The notes below the pieces were generated by a model. It did not search any database, was not told where the DNA came from, and saw only the letters and a list, made by a program, of their open reading frames with translations. Position numbers and translations under genes: made by a program. Positions 25,869 through 36,742 of a stretch of DNA of 64,000 bases are shown here, piece after piece. This DNA is from Podarcis melisellensis. Its lineage: Eukaryota. Position 1 is the first letter of the stretch, and each line of letters begins with the position of its first letter. The stretch is taken from NCBI GenBank assembly GCA_964234715.1, contig OZ174284.1, one strand, 5' to 3'.

Positions 25869-25993
25869 GCTTCCAGCTGAGCCGCTGGCCCTCCTTGGCG
25901 CATTGGCAGCTGCCCCCTTCCAGTCTGCCTGCCTTCTTGTCAGCTATTTCACTCATCAACAGTCGCTTGTTTTAATCCACATACATCATTAAC
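25869..25993 (-). other. MICAL3: 5' UTR part of the first coding exon (125 nt)
   Basis: Branch-point-like cactgac, pyrimidine tract and AG at 25994-25995; in-frame stops upstream of the ATG. Confidence 0.75.
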
Positions 25994-26480
25994 CTAGAAA
26001 AGCAAAAGACAGGTCAGTGAATCCACACAAACACATGTCAATGGCATGTAAACAGTGGGGCAGCTTATGCCAGTTCACATAGATCTGCTTAACTCGGTCC
26101 GATGCAGAGAGCTTCATGGAACTGAACAAACCACTGAGGCCCCATTCCTGATGGCTAGAAATTCTGCCCAACATGCTGCCCCATCCTGGGTTTCACGAAG
26201 CATTGTCCACACAACTTTTCAAGCCTATCTTCAGAACCATAAAGGGTTAGCTGTAATCCTCTGTGCTCACAGTCAAACAGCATCCCCCCACCCTCTCAAT
26301 TACTCTGAAAGGGTGGAAAGGTTTAACACTTTCTATGTAACAAGGGTGAAAAGCAAAAGGGGTCTTGGGGGTCAAGTGGCCAAGCTCCACTGTCCCTTGT
26401 TGCTATTTCTGTTGCCTTCCAACTCATGGAAGGAGACTGAATCAGGAAGCCTTTTGTATCCATGGTGGCTCCCCAGTATC

Positions 26481-26601
26481 AGGAAGTTTTTAATCTGTGA
26501 GGTTTTATTATGTTTTTATATGTGCTGGAAGCCACCCAGAGTGGCTGGGGAAATCCAGCCAGGTGGGCAGGGTATAAACATCATCATCATCATCATCATC
26601 A

Positions 26602-26633
<32 letters not shown>
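26481..26633 (+). mobile_element. L2-type 3' tail with (CAT)n(TAT)n microsatellite
   Basis: ggaagtttttaat...cccagagtggctgggga...cagccag, similar to 44322-44420. Confidence 0.75.
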
Positions 26634-26636
<3 letters not shown>

Positions 26637-27072
26637 TTATACAGCCCCAAAACAAAAATCTAATTTCCATACAATGGGAGGGTATAATTAACTTTGGCTT
26701 CCTGGCTTGTTTCTCCACTCACGTGAAGAGAGAAACAAAGCAGGGGCAAATGAACCAAGTACAGAAGAAAGCTTGCTCATATTCTGTTTTAATAAGCCAA
26801 GATTTTATCATGCAAATTCAGCTTAGGAGTGAAAATTGAACAGTTTTCCTACAAGGATCCATAAGTGAGCTCATAGTTAATTTCCCTATCAAGGGAACAT
26901 CTGGTTAAGAATCATCAGACTCTATAAAGCAAATGCTGGAGACAGAGCCCATGGGGTCGGCTTTGTCCTATCCAGGGCCCCAAATGGCTCTGATGTGGGC
27001 AAGTTTGCCATTGAGGTCTACCCTGCAAAATGGCTCTGAAATAAAACAGTGTGCAATAATAGTTGCACAATA

Positions 27073-27132
27073 AAAAGGTAAAGGACCCCTGGCAGTTAAG
27101 TCCTGTTGCAGACAACTCTGGGGTTGCGGCGC
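27073..27132 (-). mobile_element. 5'-truncated Sauria SINE 3' end
   Basis: aaaggtaaaggacccctgg...aactctggggttgcggcgc. Confidence 0.75.
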
Positions 27133-27739
27133 AAGTCATTAAAGTAATCCCATTCCCACTCCGAAGTCCAAGCCCACTAAAACATTCAAAACATGCAGTA
27201 TTCTTTAAGCACCTCCCCTCCCCCAGCAAAAAAAAAGGGATCGTTTATGCTAAGAAAGCTGATAAACAATTAATTTTATTTGTTTCCAAGTGTTTAAGAC
27301 CGAGTAAATTCCCAGTGTATCACAAGACATGATACATCCCTATGCCCTTTCAGTTTTCTATGGAACAGAGAAGACTAGTAGGCCTTAAAGCAGAGATTAA
27401 AAATAAATAAATCTCATAATTGTAATGTGAAACCAACAAGCACAATGCCCCAGGAACGCAGTAGTGCTCAGATTTAATAAGACGGGAATGTTGGCACACC
27501 ACTGATTTAACACTCATTCAACACAAGCTACAGCACCTGGAGAAGGACAAAGAATACACATAAGAAGAGAACTACTGAAGAGAGAACTCTTCAGGTATGC
27601 TGCCAAAACTAATACGCCATGGCCTAGTGACCCAACTACAAAGGCGGCTATTCACAATGGGCAGGGGTATGAATATACCATGTACATCATGATCCAAGAG
27701 AATTACTTGTATTTATATTTTTAAAATGTAAGAACTGCA

Positions 27740-28051
27740 CAGTTAAACTATGGAATTTCCTCCCACAACAAGCAGTGATGTCCACCAACTTGGAACAGCT
27801 TAAGAAGAGGATTAGACAAATTCACAGAGATAAAGGTCATCAGTGGCTACTAGCCATGATTGGCTATGGTCTACCTCCACAGTCAAGAGGCAGTAAGCTT
27901 CTGAATACCAGGTGCTAAAAACTGCAAGAGAGGAAAGAGCTCTTGCATTGGGGTCCTCCTAGAGGGTTTCCCACAGGCATCAGGTTGGCCACTGTGGGAA
28001 GAGGATGCTGGGCTAGATGGACTCTGAGCTGGCAGAGTCTTCTTATGTTCC
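27740..28051 (+). mobile_element. CR1 LINE 3' end
   Basis: tggaatttcctcccacaa...gattagacaaattc...ggctactagccatg...ttcttatgttc tail; related pieces near 10990-11195 (+), 51835-51900 (-), 41317-41510 (-), 20333-20400 (-). Confidence 0.7.
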
Positions 28052-28179
28052 TAAGTCCTGAAGACTGCAAAGATACAACTGAAAGTGAATGTAAGTCTCA
28101 GAAATCAGAAACTATGAGTAGAACTTGCAATAATCAGGGGAGAGAATGATTTAATGCCCTTCATAGATAGTAGCAGGAT

Positions 28180-28900
28180 TACTTATTCAAAGGAAATTAT
28201 AGGCCACCCTTCACCACGTGGTCCCAAGGTAGGTTACATACTGCTGAGTACAATAGCCATGTAATACATTTCATCCCTAAAGGCCTGTGCAAAAAAGTAA
28301 ATCTTCACCCAACTTTGAACAGTGACAATGCCAGCTGCACCTGGGCATTCTACCATCTGAAAGCCACCACAGAAAAGATCCTTTCCTGAACTTGGCAGCA
28401 GGGCCTCCCCTGTCAACACTCAGGCAAATCTATGTGCGAAGCAGAAGTCCTTGAGATATTTGGGGCCCAAATCCTTTAAAGTTTTCAATGTCAATAAATG
28501 CACCTTGAACTGGGCTTGGGAGCACACCGGCAACCAGTGTTGGCCTGTAAGATGTGGTGTAATATGTTCCCAGCCAGCACCCTGACCACTGCATTCTGCT
28601 CCAATTGTCAAACCACATGGAACTGGTTGCCTACCCTTAGGTTTTGCAGAGAGGATTGTATCCAATATAAAGGGCCACAATCTTCTTACCAGGAGGAGTT
28701 TCATGCACAATTTGCCCAAATGAGAATGGAGGTTTCCTCCCCAAGCGTGATGGTTTGGACTTAAAAGACTTATTTAAATAAGTAAACCACTGAAATCTGG
28801 ATGTCACACTTATCATAATACAACACCATAAATGGGACCAGCATTCCAGAGCAACTGTTTTCATCGGCCGCCACATCCATCTACCTCCATTAGCAGGCCT
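28180..28900 (-). mobile_element. Decayed L2/CR1-group LINE fragment (boundaries approximate)
   Basis: EHITPHLTGQHWLPVCSQAQFKVHLLTLKTLKDLGP in ORF 28420..28719. Confidence 0.75.
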
Positions 28901-29907
28901 TGTCTTTGCTACCATAGGCTGATATTCCTATCCACACCAGAGCAACACATCCAATCTCTAGATAAAAAGGTAGATAGATAGAAAGTATGCTTCTAAGTGG
29001 CACAGCTCCTACAAGCTAATATGATTTTTAAAAATAAAATGCATTTTTGCTGGAATGGAGATATGGCTTTAACTCAAATTCAACTTCATATTCTTGTTTT
29101 CTCACCCCCTGGCAGTGAGTAAGCCAAGGCAAATCTTCACAAATTATGCTTCTTGCCATTCCAATGTGTCAGTTCTCTCTGGAGTGTTTTGCTTGTTGCA
29201 CATTTGCCAACACTACGTCAAGTGACATTATTTAGGAGTTGAAGCAATAAGCAGGCATCTCCCCCTGGGGCTTACTTACACGATAAGGGCACATTCACAC
29301 AGGATGACAGGCGCCATAAAATCTCTACTCAAGGCGTAGGGGGAACAGACAGGCTGGCTCAGAAGGAAGCCCTATTTGTGTGAAATACCACCATTCCTTA
29401 CTGCAATTTGCACAGTGGTGGATGAAAACAGGGTCACCATCATCACAGAAACCTGTTGCCCTATGGACCCTATCTGCATACAGCAGACATGATGACCTCC
29501 CAGTGTTTTGGACTACAACTCCCATCAGCCCCAGCCAGCACAGCTGGAGGGCACTACCTTGAGGAAGGCTGGCACAGAGAAACAATCAACACAAATAGCA
29601 CCTCCATGGACCTAACCAGAAGCCCAGAGGCAGCCCTGCGCACTCTCTACGGTTACCGTATGGTGGCTGCTATCATGTATGAACCACTGACAAAAGAATT
29701 AAGAGTAGTCTGAATGACCACAGCAAAGCTAGTCCTGCTCAAAGCAGACCTATTGAAATTAATGGGCATAACTTAGGTTCATTAATTTCATTGGGTCTAC
29801 TCTGAGCAGGACTGGTGTTGAACACCTCCCACGTTTTTTAATGGGTGGCCTCTTTATTCATTATGGTCCAAAGTACCACTTTTGGCAGATGTTAATGCAT
29901 TTTTGAT

Positions 29908-30269
29908 GGGACGCAGGTGGCGCTGTGGATTAAAGCCTCAGCGCCTAGGACTTGCCAATCGAAAGGTCGGCGGTTCGAATCCCTGTGGCGGGGTGCGCTC
30001 CCGCTGCTCGGTCCCAGCGCCTGCCAACCTAGCAGTTCGAAAGCACCTCCGGGTGCAAGTAGATAAATAGGGACCGCTTACCAGCGGGAAGGTAAACGGC
30101 GTTTCCGTGTGCGGCTCTGGCTCGCCAGATGCAGCTTTGTCACGCTGGCCACGTGACCCGGAAGTGTCTCCGGACAGCGCTGGCCCCTGGCCTCTTAAGT
30201 GAGATGGGCGCACAACCCCAGAGTCTGTCAAGACTGGCCCGTACGGGCAGGGGTACCTTTACCTTTACC
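29908..30269 (+). mobile_element. Full-length Sauria SINE
   Basis: tRNA-like head with A box (gtggcgctgtgg) and B box (ggttcgaatcc), (ACCTTT)n tail, perfect 14-bp TSD taatgcatttttga at 29893-29906 and 30270-30283. Confidence 0.92.
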
Positions 30270-30971
30270 TAATGCATTTTTGAGAAAAATGACCTGTCTC
30301 TTTTGTATATTATTCTGTATCGCACCATATACAACGATGGTAAAAGTGACACAATGTGAGCAACATTAGCACCATCACAAGTGTGAGAGTCATTTTTCCC
30401 ACTCATGCTGCTGATCTGGGCTAAAGGCAACATTACTCTTTTCAGGAGAAATGACTGAAGAACGCAAGTAGTGAGTGACCAGTCAGTCTTCCCTGATCAA
30501 CCACTCTAGAATAAAGACAGTGCCCTCTGAAGACATCATACCTGCACACAGAGCCTTGTGTCTTCCCAGAGAGACTCTCTGTACATATCCCCAAATCACT
30601 TCAGTGTATCAAGTTACACTTGCGCCCCCCTCAGTTGCTGACAAAATGCTTTTTATAGCAACAGAGAGCATAAAGCAAAGAACACACTACGATTTAGTGC
30701 CAGCAGAGGTCCACGGAGCAAGGCTGAAGCTAAACTTAGCTCATCAAATGTCCTCCTCTTGTTTTTCCACTTTGCCAGACACAGGAATGCCGAAAGAGAA
30801 TCTTATGTAGTGTCTGGGGAACTAGGGGAAGGGAGTTTAAAACAAAGAAAATCCAAGAGCCATGTCATCTCCAGGAATCGAGTGCAAGGCCTTTTGACCC
30901 CACCGTTTACAACCGTTTACAATGAACTTGTGGGTCTGCAGATTTATCTGCTCACCCAAGGATAACAATTC

Positions 30972-31066
30972 AGGCATTTGTTGAAGTGGGATCTAGTCTA
31001 CAAAAGCTCCTGCCATAAATAAATCTGCTAGCCTGTGAGGTGCCACAAAAAACCCTTGCTTGTATT
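30972..31066 (+). mobile_element. Decayed Penelope-like terminus with degenerate hammerhead
   Basis: ttgttgaagtgggatctagtctacaaaagctcctgcc...aaataaatctgctagcctgtgaggtgccac; hammerhead core mutated. Confidence 0.5.
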
Positions 31067-31439
31067 GTAGAGCTTTCAGTCTTTGTGTGATGCGATCCTT
31101 CACACGGGCTGCCTCAATCTTAGGATGCCTCTTAACAGCAGGGGTGCAACATTAAAAAGTAGGTGGGTGCAATCCTCTTCCTGACACAGGGGAAAGGGGG
31201 CAGAGGCACAGCCGCATCAGCAGCATTCAAAACGTCCTTCTGCCTGGAGCTTCACTGATTTCCATCCACTAACTCCTGCCGGGAATATTTGGACCCCTAA
31301 AGCTCTCGAAATCTGGAGGCAGCAAGCCAGAGAAATACAAGGGAAGGCAGAGGTGCCTGCCAGGTTTCCAAGGTATTGGTTTCCCTGCCTGTGCCTTTCA
31401 GCCAGCAGGACCTTGCATGTTTTTGTCCTGAGGCAGTCA

Positions 31440-32045
31440 ATGCTGACTCAGTCCAAGTGGACATTAGATGGTCATACACTCAGGCAAATACATAGATTTA
31501 AATACCTAGGATTACTTATTAATGAAAAGCTTTCATGGCAGAGGCATAGCTTAGGGGGCTCACTGGGCGCCACACCATAGGGGGGGCACTTACCATGGGG
31601 CCTGCAGTGTGGGGAAATGGCAGTGTGGGGCTTGTGTCTGCCCACTGCCTCCCCCTCAGCCACCCTACAGCCATGGGGGAGGTGGTGGGCAGACTTCTTG
31701 GAGGCTTCGTGCAGCACGCCCTGCCTCGGCTTGCCCCACCCCCAGGCGCAGGGCATGCATACCGAACAGCTAGCTACAAAACTGTATCATGGAAACCCCA
31801 TCTGGATGCAATCAAGCTATTATCTGCCCGCTCTACTGGACAGCTCTACAGGTTCTTCCACTCGAAGGGGAGGCAGTTAATCAACCCAGCCATAAAGATC
31901 TACATGTAAAAGATCATTGCATAAATGCTTTATGGGGCCGAGATATGGAGAAGTGATATCAAATCAGAACTAGGAGCCCAACAAAACAAACTCATGAGAA
32001 AGATATTGGGGCTTCCACTGGGGACTTCAGCAAAAACAAAATGGG
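31440..32045 (+). mobile_element. Decayed non-LTR retrotransposon RT C-terminus (RTE/RTE-X-like), interrupted by a MITE
   Basis: WTLDGHTLRQIHRFKYLGLLINEKLSW / KPHLDAIK...MLYGAEIW...QNKLMRKILGLP, with internal stops. Confidence 0.75.
31539..31784. mobile_element. hAT-type MITE nested in the LINE remnant
   Basis: Degenerate TIRs cagaggcatagct / agctacaaaactg; 8-bp TSD tttcatgg / tatcatgg. Confidence 0.75.
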
Positions 32046-33291
32046 AGGCAGCAGTTATGAGTTCCCGGTCTCTGCAGTCGTGGGAGGCACTGTAGTTCTC
32101 TAGCAGTTTGACTTGACCGCCAGAGGAGCACCCCGTTCTCTCTTGAGGAAGACAAATGCCAACAACTGTAACAAAACTGCAGAGTGCTGCTTCCCCCCGC
32201 CCCCAACTCCAACTCAAGAATAGAGGGTCTCTTCACCCATTATGTCCACAGATGCAGACCTAACATGCTTACACACCTAAGCATGTGAAGCATGAATACA
32301 AACATGTGAAACACAAATACAGAGATCATGCAGGCATGCTTCTTAGGGAGTTGAGGTTGGTTGTGGTTCCCCGTTTAGTGTAGACTTCATAGCAGGCTTA
32401 GATTGCTGCTGCATAAGGTGTGAAAACCCCACTAAAAGGCAACAGGATCAACACTCAGGTCTTAGCAGTGTGGGCTGGACTGTTTCTATCCCAGGGCATA
32501 GCAGCAGCCTAACAGGCCCAAAGTATTCAAGTGAGGTAATTTAACAGAAGCTGGCAGGGATCAAAAGGACGGCCCCCATCCATTTGCTCCATAGCAAATG
32601 GAACATCCACACCGTCAACCTTCTACAGATCTAACCCACATCATTCATCTTGCCTTGGATAGCTGCTGAAATGTCATTTTACATCCAGTGGTGTGTTTTA
32701 GTAGGCGCCAAGCTACACAAATTTTCCAGTTGGTGTCTACTTGCACAGGGCAAGGCCCCAGGGCTACCAAGAAGAGAAGGGCTATATTTTTCCACATCCA
32801 ATGCCATCTCTATGACAGCTTTGTGAATTACACAAAGCAAATACGGTAGATGCACCACCTATAATTACCAGGGTAGAAAAAGGAACACACAGTTTAAAAC
32901 ATACACACACATAGTCATGGGTGGCAAAATGTAGCAGCCTGGCAGAGAAAGCTTATTTGCATGCACACACTCAGTTCATGAAGTTTGCCAGCATTCAGAG
33001 TCAATATGTCTTAAGAATCTTAAAGGTGAGAAATCTCTCTAGAGCCCTGTTTTTGCAAAGATCCTGGGTCTCAATTTAATCTAATCTAAGAATGATGGAG
33101 AACTGATGGTACCAGTGCTCTGTATCTGAACTTGGGGGGAAAGTGGGGCACCTCCCAACAGGGAACACCCATAGGAGAGCAATGTCTGAGCATGCCCAAC
33201 TGTTTAGCTGAAAATGTGACCTGCAGCAAAATAAATAAATAAATAAATTTTTAAAATATCAGATAAAGCGGTTGTTAACGACTTGGTAATT

Positions 33292-33469
33292 CCTTCCAGT
33301 AGCACCTTAAAGACCAACTAAGTTAGTTCTTGGTATGAGCTTTCGTGTAGTGTGCATGCACACGAAAACTCATACCAAGAACTAACTTAGTTGGTCTTTA
33401 AGGTGCTACTGGAAGGAATTTTTTTTGTTTTGACTATGGCAGACCAACACGGCTACCTATCTGTAACTG
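33292..33469. mobile_element. Short Penelope-like insertion with inverted duplication (about 61-bp hairpin)
   Basis: Same family as the 19061 element; arms 33288-33348 and 33360-33420 with one mismatch; flanking 12-bp direct repeat gacttggtaatt (33280-33291, 33470-33481). Confidence 0.8.
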
Positions 33470-36400
33470 GACTTGGTAATTGCTCACTATGGACTTAGAA
33501 TTCCTCAAAAGGACCCCCACCTCCTACTTTAGGAGGACACAGGAGCTGGCCTAAGTTCAGTGTCCTAAACTGAAAGGTTTGTGTTATTCTATGCCTGTAT
33601 CCCTCATCTTAATTTCATGTTGGTAACAAGAAGGGGAAAGGAGGAAAGCAGAGAAATTGGAGAAAAATGGGAGAGAAGGGGTGCCCTCTTACTTTTGGCT
33701 CTCACTGCCCCATTTTTACTTCAGCCCCACAGACCACTGGCATGCAACCCTCCTGCAGATTATGGGAATATGGCCCTTGACAAGAGAGAAAGGTTCATCA
33801 CTCCATTCTAAGCCAATATCCCATGTGGTTTTCAGCATGTGTGACTTGGCCAGCCAGCATCATTGGAAAAAAACACACAGGGAATCTGAGGAATGAAGTG
33901 AAAAGTGAGCGTCTTTCCTCAGCAACTTATTACCTCCACAGATGCAACCAAGGTGCCAATTTGGCAGCTTTCCCGAGCTCTTGGATGGCAAAGATATGTG
34001 AAGTTCCTGTAGTTTATGTCCAGTTAAAAACAGGCAGACAACACAGGTGTGGCCGGCTTATGCTTGTTCCATTTATGCAGAGGGAACATCAAAACCTGGG
34101 CTGTGTGTCAAGTTTTCCTTCCAGTTCTGCGGAGAGCAGGTGAACTTCACCAACCGTCCTGTGTATTTTGTGCTTTAGGGCTCACTTTCACCGGCCTGAG
34201 TGAGTCACGTATTAAGTAGTCATAACCACAGCGTGCACTGATCCATCCAAAAAGAATGGAAAAAGCTGCCTGAGGGTTAGGACATCACTTGCTGCTGGAC
34301 GTTGCCTTATAAGAACAGATGGGAATCAGTTAGGAAACCAAAAATAAATGCAGAAAAAAAGTCAGCACCCAACAGTATACCAAATGCCAGGTTTGGCCCT
34401 GAGTCTGAAACTCTTAACAGCGGAGTAGGCAAAGAACTAAGCCGTAAACTAGGAGCGTTTTAATTGAATCTCATCTGTCATCTGGGTGCCTTATGCCAAA
34501 TATGGGAAATGTATAACCTCGTACACCCCAGGCACCATGGCAAATGGTCAGACACTATGAAAGTTGCAGCCCGACAATGCCTGGGACCACCATGTTGTCC
34601 ACCACTTGATCTATATGCAGGGATTTTATTTTTATTTTTTCAAATAGAGAAGTATTCAGATTCTACAAGAAGTATAAGTAGCCCTGCTGGCCTATCGGAA
34701 AAAATCCAAAATGCAAGCCCTCGTCTGAAGTCTGCAATGGTACAGCCCAGATAGAGGTTTGCCATCTCAGCAAAAATAATATATATCTCCATATGGCAAA
34801 CACAATTCAAGAAATGATTTTCCATTTCGCTGCCTCTCAAGCAAACATACCCTCTGCTGCTAATGGAGGGGGGAGGGAAATGTCTCAAGCATAATGCCAT
34901 TACAGAATTATGTAATTAGAATTGCAAACTTGGGAGAAGGGGAGCTTCTTCCTGAGTCCCATGGGGAAGAAGCTTATCTGGGGGTGTCTATAAGGACTTG
35001 TATTTAAGCACGAGCCTGGTGACCACAGGAACCAAGAGCTGCAGGCAGATGGAACATCACACACACGAGTGAGCAGGCTGGTGATAGAGGGCTGGAACAC
35101 ACAGTTCCTCCTCTGAGGCCAATATAGAACACCAAGCAAGCTGCTAGGTCCTCCTCTGCCAGCCCTCAGCAGGCTAGTAATTATTTTGGAAGGCTAGTAA
35201 TTGTGGGGGCTTATTTACCCGGCTGTTGTAGCCACCTGTTGTTGGCACTTGTCTGTCTTAAGAGACAATGAAAGAGTGTGCCTTTGAGAGTCAAGTCAAA
35301 CCGCTGGAGAGTTGCAGTGCCTGCTCTGTCTGTAGAAATCAATACATGAGATAAATGCTCTATTACAGGTGGGGCAGCAGAAATTTAAAAACCTGAAGAA
35401 TCAACACCAGAGAACGCGAAAATGCTCAGAGGTATGTCAAGCAGACTAGTCCTATACGACTTGCCAAAAATCTGCTTCAGCACAGCTTTGGCTTAGACAC
35501 CATAGATACACTAGACTGGAGTCAGAAGTCCGTATGTATATCAATCACAATGGGTATTTTAAAATCATATCTCTCAATCACGACAGAGTAAAAGCTAAGT
35601 ACTGTTCCAATTACTCCCTAGCACGACCCTGTCTCTCTCACATCCTCATCTTGGCAGAGACCACTAACTATAATATGACGTGGTCCAGACAAGGCTGAAG
35701 TCATCCTCACCTGGATCAAAGGTGCTGTCTGAACACAACGGATGATATTGTTCTACGTATTTCAAACTTTGTACATTTCCCCGCTGTATTTTGGCATGTG
35801 GCAGAGCAGCAACAGATGTAAACACAGTGAAATGCATGCCATTTAAATGTGTTTTTCTGATATACGTACAGTACTGCAGGCAAGTGCTCATTCAACAAAT
35901 CCTCATCCTGGAAACAGACTGTTTCATTTCCTTTCAATCTCAGAGAGATCTGATTATTGGCAAAAAAATTAAAATAAAATAAAATAAAAAATCCCAGACA
36001 TAAGACATGGGAACCAAACCCAGGATCTTCTGAATGCAAAACATGAATGAGTTCTACCACTGAGTTATGGCCCTTCCCCAAGAACCACCTCTCTGAATTC
36101 CCAATGCAGAGATAACTGTTGAATTCAGTTCCACTGCAAATCAGCATTACAGTCAAATGTTGCAAACTCACATAACCAGCTTCCAAAAGCCACTTTTCTT
36201 ATCTTTGCCCATAAACCTGGTTATCACACAGCTTACCCACTGCAGAAATGCAGAGCAACATAAGCCAAACAATGGAGCTTTTAAAAAGAAATAGCATGAC
36301 GACACCCAAGCTAGACAGGAATCATGTTCTAATGGGGATGAAAATTAGGAAACAAGGGTCTGGTGTTCTTGTCTGAGAACTTTTCTACTACATCCACAAG

Positions 36401-36573
36401 AAGCATAACTTTTCTGCTGTCACCTTGGACTGATTCTGACATTTTCTTATATTGCCTATGTAGAGTATTACAACCTTTTGCTCTTGCAACAAGTTATTCT
36501 GTCGCTTCTTTATGCCCACTCCTCAAAGTTACATTATTCTAGTGTAACTCCTGGATGCTACTTAAAAAAATTA

Positions 36574-36742
36574 CCGTATTTTTCGCTCTATAACACGCAC
36601 CCGACCATAACACGCATGTAGTTTTTAGAGAAGGAAAATCCATAGGCATGCCACCCGTAGGCATTTCCTCCATAACACGCACAGACATTTCCCCTTACTT
36701 TCTAGGAGGAAAAAAGTGAGTGTTATGGTGCAAAAAATACGG
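36574..36742. mobile_element. Tc1/mariner-superfamily MITE
   Basis: TA-ccgtatttttcgc ... gcaaaaaatacgg-TA; internal ataacacgca repeats. Confidence 0.85.

Noticed and set aside
25869-25945. N-terminal extension of MICAL3 upstream of the ATG
   Set aside because: An in-frame TAG lies about 78 nt upstream with no in-frame ATG in between
26055-26663. 202-aa ORF ending in poly-Ile
   Set aside because: Runs through an L2 tail and a (CAT)n(TAT)n microsatellite
29908-29985. tRNA-like sequence with A/B boxes
   Set aside because: It is the head of the Sauria SINE, bounded by TSDs, not a tRNA gene
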